A stretch of 63,302 bases of DNA, the filler included, from Octopus bimaculoides (lineage: Eukaryota), in the NCBI RefSeq assembly GCF_001194135.2. It is 6 parts of 5 records of this genome, joined end to end, with 100 filler letters (N's around TTAATTAATTAA, not from the genome) between each part and the next. Parts side by side here need not be neighbours in the genome. Positions count along the whole stretch, not along the records: positions 50,280 to 54,434 come from NC_068983.1; positions 54,535 to 57,982 come from NW_026398368.1; positions 58,083 to 63,302 come from NC_068982.1; 3 more parts are not named here. One strand, written 5' to 3'. Under the pieces are notes generated by a model that saw nothing but the letters and a program-made list of their open reading frames with translations, made no database searches and was not told the DNA's origin. The position numbers and the translations under genes were made by a program. Positions 53,203 to 63,302 of the stretch are shown in pieces. Every line of letters starts with the position of its first letter. Position 1 is the first letter of the stretch.

Positions 53203-53313
53203 CTATGTCATATACACGTTCATACGTCTTTCAATTTCTCTTTCATTTTATAACAAAAGTTAATAAATAAAAAAAATTACGGAAATTAACGAACAAAACC
53301 AGCTGATCCGGAT
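52770..53313. repeat. Foldback/MITE-like long imperfect inverted repeat
   Basis: gttcgttaatttccgtaa (52777-52794) is inverted exactly at 53277-53294; similarity continues inward for more than 100 bp into GA/CT tracts. Confidence 0.75.
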
Positions 53314-54029
53314 AAAAGTTCTGAGAGTCAAAGCGACATTTCTGAGAGTCAAAGCGAAAGATTGCCCCAAGGGAATACCATTACAAAAATATTTTCGAGT
53401 GCATTCAAAGTGTCTCAGCTTCAAAGATTTGGCTGCTATTTCTAGCTCGCCCTGCTACTACATAACAGCTATTTGCGATAAAGGAACCGAAATACCTGTT
53501 ACGTGGCAGCAGGGCATGCAAGAAATAAATAGCAGTCAAATCTTCCCTTTTCTGGGGACAGGAGCTTTTACGCTTGATTACGATGTCACATTCGTTGAAA
53601 GCATGTGAAATAATCTCGAAAAGAAAAAGAAAAACCAACGAAACAAAGCTCCGTTGCTTAAAACCTCAGACTTTCCAGGTGACCCAACGGGTCACGCGTA
53701 GTGTAGTATAGAAATAAAAGTACACACCGATTAAGTATTATATCTCTATATGATAGCGTTTTGAGAATATACAGACTTCAGACTAAGAAAAAAATGGATA
53801 GAAAATAATTTATGATGAATCACATTCTAATGTACTCAGAATTTGCGTAGCGTTCTATCCTTTAAGCAAACCTTGCATCTGTCAGCAATATAACAAATCA
53901 CCACTTATCACAATAAAAAGTTTCTTTATAAGTTTAGTAATATTGCATCATGACACAGATACTCAAGCTAGATTTGACTAATAAATTCATTAATCAATTT
54001 ACGAAAGAATAGATGGATTTTTATGTGCA

Positions 54030-54111
54030 AGATTCTGAAAAAACATTAAGGCCAGATTCCTGTCATGGAATTGCATGACAGGAATCTGGCATTAATGTTT
54101 TTTCAGAATCT
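54030..54111. repeat. Near-perfect 38-bp inverted repeat, 6-nt loop
   Basis: agattctgaaaaaacattaaggccagattcctgtcatg-gaattg-catgacaggaatctggcattaatgttttttcagaatct; one mismatch. Confidence 0.95.
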
Positions 54112-55500
54112 AAACACACGTTTAGATATAGATAAATCAATATTGTTCCTTTGTTAAACATAAAAAAGTATTATTTCAGGCGATACTTTAAGGGTAAATA
54201 CAGATGAGATTATATGATGCCATGCCGTTATCTACACTTTTCCACAATGATATCAGGTGTGTTAAATTGAGTATGTGAAAGTTTTAATTGAGAGAACAAG
54301 ATGAGGAAGAGTTTAATTTTTATTCTACTTCTTTTAAGAAATTTCAGTAAGATACATTCATTCCATGCAAAATTGGGGCCTTAATGGCTGCCATCAAGTC
54401 TCAAGACAGGAATCACACCACCCACCAAATTCTTNNNNNNNNNNNNNNNNNNNNNNNNNNNNNNNNNNNNNNNNNNNNTTAATTAATTAANNNNNNNNNN
54501 NNNNNNNNNNNNNNNNNNNNNNNNNNNNNNNNNNCAAACTTGGTGCATAAGAAAATCGGACATTTCATTCTTAATGACCTGATAGTAATTAGAAAATGTA
54601 TACAGTAACTAACTGGTGTATATAGTAACTAGGAGGTGCATATGGTAACTAGGAGATGTATATAGTAACTAAGAGATGTATATAGTAACTACTTGGTGTA
54701 TATGGCAACTAGCTCATGTAAAGAGTAACAAAGAGATGTATGTAGCAATGATACGAGGTATATATAGTAACTAGTTGATGTATATAGTAACTAGCAGGTG
54801 TATATGTTAACTAGCTGGTGTATAAAGTAAGTAGCTGGTGTATATAGTAACTAGTAGGTGTAAATAGTAACCAGCAGGTGTATATAGTAACTAGCTGGTG
54901 TATATGGTAACTAGCTGGTGTATATGGTAATTTGCTGGTATACATAGTAACAAGCTGGTGTATATTGTGAAGACCCTAATATATACATTTAGTTATAGAT
55001 ACACGTGGTATTTAGCATATACACCACCTAGTTACTATATACGCCTGCTAGTTATTATATACACCTGCTAGTTACCATATACACCAGCTAGTTGACATAT
55101 ACACCTGGTAGTTATTATATATACCTGCTAGTAGCAATATGCACTAGGTAGTTACCATATAGTCCTGCTAGTTCCTATATACATTTGTTAGTTACCATAT
55201 ACACCTGCTAGTTAGTATATACAACTGTTAGTTACTATATACACCTTCTAGTTACTATATACAGATGCTGGTTACTCTATACACCATCTAGTTATTATAC
55301 ACACCATCTAGTTACCATATACACCTGTTAGTTACTACATACACCTGCTAGTTACTATAAGCACCAGCTAATTGTTATATACATCTTGTAAGTACTACAT
55401 ACACCAGCAAGTTACCATATACACCTGTTGATTACCATATGCAACTGCTAGTTACTATATACACTTGTCAGCTAATATATACACCTAGTTACTCTATATA

Positions 55501-55955
55501 CCTGATTTAAGATTTTATTTTGTAGTGCTTTAGATGAAATTTTACATTGCATCATAATTGATGTATACTCTTTAATAAATTTTTATTGATTTCTTTCAGA
55601 ATATCATTTTGAAGCATAGAAATTCTTACTTTCAAACATGTGCAAAGAAGAAATGCGTTTACTTTTTTTCCATGAATTCGTTCTTTGCTTCCTAAAAACC
55701 CACCAATATCAAGAGAGCATGGAGTGAAGAATCCACTAGTGATCAGATGGTAAAACGGTGGTTTTAGAGATTCCATAGTGGGTATGAGAGCCTAAGGTAG
55801 AGGATATCCAACCACCATAATGATCAGCATTTGAAAACAATAGTCAAGCAAGATCCATGACAAAGTATTAAAGAAATGTTTCATATACCTGGTGTCTGTG
55901 TTTCAAGAATATAGGCTTATTTTTAAAATCGGCCACTATTTTCTGAACGACCAGA
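55501..55955 (+). mobile_element. Internally deleted mariner (5' region, HTH start, right TIR)
   Basis: ATG at 55638 gives MCKEEMRLLFFHEFVL; later ESTSDQMVKRWF and DQHLKTIVKQDP*QSIKEM; TIR-like aaaatcggcc...gaccaga|ta. Confidence 0.7.
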
Positions 55956-56233
55956 TAGTATATATATAGTAAGTAGAAGGTGCATATAATAACTACAAGG
56001 TATATATAGTAACTAGCAAGGGGTATATGGTAACTAGCTTGTGTATATGGTAACTAGCTGGTATACATGGTAACTAACAGGTACATTATACTAACGATGA
56101 GGTGCATGTGGTAACTAGCAGGTGTATAAGGTAACTAGTTGGTGTATATGTTAACTGGCTGGTGTATATCATAACTAGAAGATGTATATAGTAACCAGCT
56201 GGTGTATACATATAGTAACAAGCAGGTAACTAG

Positions 56234-56452
56234 TTAAAAATGTAAACACATTTCTTCTTTTTCATGTTTGAAATTCAGGATTTCTACTCTTCAAAGTGAT
56301 ATTCTGAAAAAAATCAATAAAAATTTATCAAAGCATACACATCATTTATTCAGCATGTAAAACATCCTCTAAAACACTACGAAAATAACATCTTAAATCA
56401 AATTGACAAAAACGTTTCCAAAAAATCGGAGAGTATTTTGTGAGCAATGTAA
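56234..56452 (-). mobile_element. Mariner 5' fragment in opposite orientation
   Basis: Reverse complement aligns by eye to 55501-55665; ends in a TIR-like aaaatcgga...aa|ta. Confidence 0.65.
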
Positions 56453-58929
56453 TATGTACATCTAGTTACTATATTCACCTGCTACTTACCATATACACCT
56501 GCTAATTACTATATACACCTGCTAGTTACCATATACAACTTCTAGTTACCATATGCACCTGCCAGTTACTATATGTACCAGCTAATTACTATATACACTT
56601 GCTAGTTACTAAATACACCTTCAAATTACTATATACACCTGCTAGTTAACATTTATAGCTGCTAGTTTCTTCATCCACCAGCTAATTACTATATGCATCT
56701 GCAAGTTACTATATACACGAGCTAGTTACCATATGCACCTGCTAGTTGCGATATACACTGCCAATAACTATATACACCTGCTAGTTTCCATATGTACCTA
56801 TTAGTCACTATATACACCAGCTAATTACTATATACATCNNNNNNNNNNCTAATTACAATATAAACCAGCTAGGTACCATATGCACTTGTTAGTTACTACA
56901 TAAACCTGCTAATTATCAAATGTTCCTGCTAGTTACTATATACACCTGCTAGGTAATATGTATACACCTTCTAGTTACTATATGCTCCTGCCGCTGATTA
57001 TATACACCTGCAAATTACTATATACAACTTCTAGCTATTATATACATCTACTTGTTACCATATACATCTAGTACTTGCTATATACACCAGCTAGTTTCCA
57101 TATGCAACTGTTACTTGCTATATACATCTGCTAATTACTATATACATCTACTAGTTATTATATACACCTACTAGTTAACTTATACACTGGTTAGTTACCA
57201 TATACACCAGGTGGTTACATATACACCTGCTAGTTACTATTTACAACTTCTAGTTACCATATGCACCTGCTACTTACTATATACACCTATTAGTTACTAT
57301 ATACACCTGCTAGTTACTATATACACCTGCTACTTACTATATACACCTATTAGTTACTCTATACACCTGCTGGTAACTATATACACCTGTATACTCTATA
57401 TAACTACTAATTACTATGTACACCTTCTCATTACTAAATGCACCTGCTAGTTACCATATACATCTGGTAGTTACTATATACACAAGGTAGTTACCATATA
57501 CACCAGCTNNNNNNNNNNACATCTGGTAGTTACTATATACACAAGGTAGTTACCATATACACCAGCTAGTTACCATATACACCTGCTAGTTACTATATAC
57601 ACCCAATTACCATATGTACATGCTAGTTACAATATACATGTATCAGTTACCGTACACGCCTTCCAGTTACAATATGCACCTGCTAGTTACTATAAACACC
57701 TGCTAGTTACTATATACATCTACTAGTTACTATATACATCTAAATACAATATACACTAGCTAGGTACCATATATACACCTGCTAGTTACTATATACACCT
57801 GCTAATTATCCAATGTACCTGCTATACACCTGCTAATTATCAAATGTACCTGATAGTTACTATATACACCTACTGTTTACCATATAAACCTGCTAGTAAT
57901 TATATGCACCTATTAGTTACTATATACACCTACTGTATACTCTATACACCTGCTAATTACTATGTACACCTCATTACTATATNNNNNNNNNNNNNNNNNN
58001 NNNNNNNNNNNNNNNNNNNNNNNNNNTTAATTAATTAANNNNNNNNNNNNNNNNNNNNNNNNNNNNNNNNNNNNNNNNNNNNTATATATATCCTGAATCT
58101 GTCTCCGTGAAGAAAAATTGTGCAAGACTTCAAAATTATTATATGGCCTTGCATGAATTATAGATTTTTGTAAACAGATTCTCGACAAATACCAGTGCAT
58201 TCGATTCTCAATTCTTTTATTTGTATCGTGCCAGATAAATTTAAGCAAAAACCTTTCTAAAACAAAGCTTGGCTCATATTCTGGTAATGGCATTAATTAT
58301 GAATCTTCTTCCACTATATGCAAAGCGTCCGAGATTGGTCATATGTGTTCTCATTGCTCTCCCCAATGCTATACAGTGCAAAGAGATTGCGGAAGATATC
58401 TTCTTAATTAAAATGCTAAAAATTTAATGTATACCACGTTTTTACAATTTGATAAACTCTTTTTACACTTCTTATGCCCAGTATAAATGTATACTAGTAG
58501 ATCTACACTGTTGAGGTTACTTACTGTCTACAAGAAAACAAGCTGTTCAGGTTTGGTCATAACAGAAACACTTCAATCTATTGGGAAAATCTATTGAGGT
58601 TAACCAAGTTTCGCCCTATAAAACTTTTGCTTATGGTTGTCGTTTAATTGCGAATGAAATATACATATCGGACATGGAATCCCATTGAGATAGCAAGTTT
58701 TGTTCTGTTTACATTTATAAATAAGAGAATTTACGGAGTTAATGCAAAATGAAGTGAATCTAGCTAAGAATTGAAATAAAGTTTGTGTCACTTCAGAATA
58801 TTTAGTATCTGTTATCAAAATTCGCAATATGCAGTATTAAATACTCTACGTTTTAAGGCATCAAAAAACCATAGACAGACATTCAGACAGACTGACACAC
58901 TGACATACAAACACACACATATGTATATG

Positions 58930-58990
<61 letters not shown>

Positions 58991-60418
58991 TATATACATG
59001 CCATTCATATTTGAACCAGTCATGACGTACGAGAGTGTCTCAATATGGGTTTTAAGCACACTGATGTCGCGATTTGCCCGGAAATTTTTTATTGTGTTCT
59101 GCGACGCCCAGCACCATATTCAAGTAAAATATTCATATCAATTCATATTTTTTCCAAGAAAAATATCGATATATGTTTATTTAATTCTGTATGGGCTTTC
59201 TTTCTTAACTTTGACACCATCGATAATTGATCATATGTTTGCATTTTTAGTTATGTTTGTCTCCAAGATCTCTCATTCTATGAATAATATATTGCTCTTG
59301 TACTTAGTTGCTATTGCTTTTTTTAACAATTGAAAGTTTCGATTTTATACAGTATGTTTTACATTATATTATTTCATTTGCCTCAAGGAAATCGAAAACA
59401 GAACAATGGACAATGTTTTGAGAGTGTTAATGATCGTGTTTACCTAATGCAGTTCATATATATTTACTATCTGGAGACTTTATAAACAGAGGAACTTTAA
59501 TAGTAATGCCTATAAAAATTGTTTCATGATTCTGAGTTCAATATCGATTGAAGTCTACTGCTCATTAAATAAGTCTGGATTTTAACATTATAGACACAAT
59601 TGGTTCAACACTGGTAACAATATATTTTCAGATTTATTTACGATGTTCTTACTTCAAATCTCATCAAGTTATCTGGGTATCAATTCAAATATCTTCCCAT
59701 TTCATCTTTCAGGCGTTGTACTAGGGACGATCTTATTTAATATACACATAAACGATATATTAACTATATCATTTCCTACATTTTATGGCCTTAAATGAAT
59801 TTTAAAATCAATATTACTACCAAACATTAGCATTGGATTAAGCGTCAGAAGTTTAGCTTATAACTTAGGTCCCTCTAAATACTCGTAAAGCGAACTATAG
59901 CGTATATCATTCTGGTTTTGATAAAATAATGAAGCAATAAAATGTTACGGTTTCAATGATTTCTATCTCTCATAAAATTCATAAATTTTGTATAAAGTAG
60001 AAACTACTATATATCCAAAAACTAAAATTGTAACTTATTTAACAATTTAGGGTTATTTTCATCAACGATAGGCTAATGTTTTACAGTTCAGTAACAACAC
60101 TTTAAAAACTATAGATCAAATGATGGCATTACTAGAATAACCCATGAATCAGACAATGAAATTATGTAGCTTATTCATATCATTTTCTACATTTCTTTAC
60201 TAATGATTGCACCACTTCAAAACAGATGTTTGCTAGAATCTCTAACACTCGACCACCATGAAAATTATCATTCTTTCATTTTTGCGAGCGAGCTTTTACG
60301 CAGTCACAGAAAGAGCTAGAGACCGTACCAAAATATCCCTGAAAAATGTACCTCAAATCATAACATCTTTGAAACAAATACAGCATTCTTATGAACTGGT
60401 ATATCTGTAATCATATAC

Positions 60419-60492
60419 CTGTTGGAGTAGGCCTGTTCTAGGGCTAAATCCCAAAATGTCAAAAACAGAACAAAACTGTTGCAAAACAACAT
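60419..60492 (-). CDS. Candidate first coding exon, signal-peptide-like (MLFCNSFVLFLTFWDLALEQAYSN)
   Basis: ATG, hydrophobic core, AYS|N cleavage-like end, CAG|gtatat donor (phase 2); weak start context. Confidence 0.3.
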
Positions 60493-61675
60493 CAGCAGGA
60501 AGTGCAATTCCAACAACAAACGGGAATTAATTGCAAATTATCACATTTGATAATGCTAAAAGCAATGATTTAGACAGAAATTTTCATGAATTAACTGTAG
60601 TATATATGGGAAATTCTTTTTGTAATGATGTCCTGTTTTGATTATTATGAACCATATATTTTGCAAAACTTTATTAACTTTCTTAACCTTTTTTATCGGA
60701 ATTCTCTCTTTCTGCCCTACATTCACATATAAGTACGTATAATCCTGTATGTATCGGTCAGTTTTTTTGACTAAGTCTATATATGTATATGTGTGTGTGT
60801 GTGTGTATGTGTTTCTATGTGTATTGTGAGTTGTTAAATAAGCTACATATTTTATTAATATTCAAATTCATACAGGAAATCAAATCTAAAATTAACTAAG
60901 GCGATAATATGTGGGAACAGGAAACTGCGACATTATCATTGCTTCATAAGTATCTGATTTGTAAACTGAGGTGCGAACATTAATATATATTTCACGAATA
61001 GCATATAATCAATTAAATACGATGGTCGATGACGTAAATTACAAATAATTTTAAATAAGTGCGATTGCATATTGACCTTTCTCACTGTATATAAAATTAA
61101 ATATCCGTGTTCCTATTGATGTTTGTGGTTAACTTATTGCAAATATTTTGTGTCGTTTTAATTTCTTATAAATTAATATAAACAATAATAATCTATATTC
61201 ATATGATATTCGTTATTTCATTAAAGTTAAAATTCGTTTCTCTTACTACCACTGAGAAGGATACAACGTAAAGCCCAACTTCAGATAATCTTATGTAATA
61301 TCATATAAAAGTTTGCTGAAATACTAAGAAGACTTATGGGATTCTCACGCATTCGTTTTATGACCGATTTGTTACATGAGAGTCAAACAGAATTCTTAAT
61401 AGATATATCATATGGAACATAAGGTTTATATTGCTTGTAATAGAGCAACTGTTATTTGTATCTTTCAGTTATTTCGAGAAAAGTTTGGCAAAAGTAAAAT
61501 CGTAAACAGGATTGTACAGGCATATATATCATAATATGTGAATCTTATAATGAGCTCACACGTGTGGGGCTGCATTATACAAAAGATCCATCCTTGTATA
61601 GAACTGTTCGCTTCACAGCTCTGGTGATACGGGGTTTGGCTGTTGTGCGCATGATCGCATCTCGGAAGGAAAGAG

Positions 61676-61735
61676 AGCACTGCGTGAATGACAGTAGCAC
61701 TGCGTGAATGACAGTAGTACTGCGTGAACGTTAGT
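61676..61735 (+). repeat. Three tandem 20-bp units agcactgcgtgaatgacagt
   Basis: Two identical copies plus one diverged copy in a CpG-richer patch. Confidence 0.9.
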
Positions 61736-63302
61736 GCCGACCCTAATGTTCCGGTGGAAGTTAGCGTTTCTTTTTGACTCCGCATGTGTTCTGCTTAAAA
61801 CGTGATTCTATTTTTGAATGTGATACCGTGTAGATTTTGATTATTATCCTACTTCCAGCAGCTTCAGTGTTGCTACCGGGATTTGAAAAATAAGGCACAT
61901 TTCCCCCCTCATTTTGTGATTTGCTGATCTTTGAAAAACACGGGAGAATTCGCGGCGATGTTCAATGAACAAATTAAACACACTACACGGCAGTAGCTAA
62001 AACGCAAACCGATCAAGTTTATGTATAAATCTTCTTTGACAAGTTTGTTTCTTTTTACACACTATTAAAACAACGGCTAAAATATTTTTGAAGCAGCACC
62101 ACCACTAATTTTATCTACGAGCTGCCACTGCTTATAGTCCTCACAAAAACCCAAATGGTGACACTCTTATACAGCTTTATTCAAAGACTTTCCCCTATGG
62201 GTGGGTGAAGCGACCTGATGTTCTAATATTAAATATTAGTTCCTAAAATATACTCTTGATGAAGGGATTATAAAACATCACTTCAAAAGACAGTATAAAG
62301 AGTAGTGGAATATAATGTCTATAGTTCCACTTTCACCATTTCTTTTGATATTAAGTAAGCAATTACTATATTAACCTTAGACGTAGAAGGAATCTTACAT
62401 AGGTCTGGCTATATGAACACTATTAACCGTTCATACCTAAAAATAATATATAATATAAATTAAATGGGCATGCCTAAAACGAAGCAAAGAAATTAATATT
62501 GTCTTCACTGGGTGGGTAACTTGACTTATTCTTAACAAGAGAATATATCTAATGTTCCATTCTATTATAGGCACAAGGGCTGAAATTTCAGGGGAAGGGG
62601 TAATTCGATTACACCGAGCCTAGTACACCGGTTACTTATTTTATCGATCGCGAGGATGAAAGCAATGTCAATCTTGGCGTAACATAAAGGTAGACGAAAT
62701 ACTGTTATACATTTGCCTGGCGATCTGTCAGTTCACCGTATTCAATGAATATTTTATTACAATATTACAATATAAAATTTTGAAAGATTAACATCAAGTG
62801 AAGTGAATAAACAAAAATAAAACTCAATCTAATTTTTTAGTTTTCACATAGTTGACATATTAATAATATTGAAAAGCTATCGAAACACTTAGAGATGGAG
62901 ACTAGATCTATTTACTTAAAACCATTATTAAATAAGGTTGTTAATAAGTTTGCTAGGTTTACTTATATGCCCTTCTGTCTACGTGAGTTCAAACTAATGC
63001 TAACTTGTTTCCGTACTTTAATAACCTACATTCAGATGTAAGAATATGGTCCATATCCTATGGAATATTTCTTCAAGGCAGAGACTGCATTTCCGATTCC
63101 TTCTAGCATAGGGTGAAGCACGACTAATAATTGACCATTTAGTGTGGTTGTCGATGTTTCCTAATATTCAATGCAGATAGCCAAGTGTTATTTCCATGAG
63201 AGACGTATAAATATATATATATATAGGTAAATATGCATACATATATATAAATATATACCCATATATAGGCATGTATATATATATGTATAGATATATATGT
63301 AT

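Larger units (their letters stand above)
54596..57981. repeat. 20-bp minisatellite (consensus ATATACACCTGCTAGTTACT) in four blocks of alternating orientation
   Basis: Blocks about 54596-54964 (reverse), 55018-55500 (forward), 55960-56233 (reverse), 56454-57981 (forward). Confidence 0.95.

Noticed and set aside
58083-58830. Possible Tx1/L1-like remnant (LERFLLKFIW)
   Set aside because: The resemblance is too weak to call without a search.

Overview
AT-rich, microsatellite- and SINE-dense eukaryotic draft-assembly DNA. The repeat families and simple-repeat content look like an Octopus-type cephalopod genome (inference from pattern recognition; no database search was run). The best-supported gene is a minus-strand titin/obscurin-like giant cytoskeletal protein. 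I traced nine phase-compatible GT-AG exons from >=31999 down to 15645: a >=2 kb acidic PEVK-like exon with nested internal repeats that runs into a scaffold gap, two intracellular I-set Ig domains, three micro-exons, and an IQ motif split by an intron. Right of 32 kb there are several exon-like segments with strong minus-strand splice sites, which may form a second, unrecognised spliced transcript (speculative). Mobile DNA includes a pogo/Tigger-like deletion derivative with TIRs and a PHD-finger remnant (12220-13494), two TA-flanked MITEs, mariner remnants, R4/Dong-, RTE-, CR1- and Penelope-like retroelement fragments, and many SINEs. Other structure: two long hairpins, a foldback-like inverted repeat, and a 20-bp minisatellite whose orientation flips across mariner remnants. 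There are no rRNA or tRNA genes and no CRISPR array. Most ORF-track entries are microsatellite, N-gap or antisense artefacts. Repeat boundaries are approximate; exon boundaries were read base by base.
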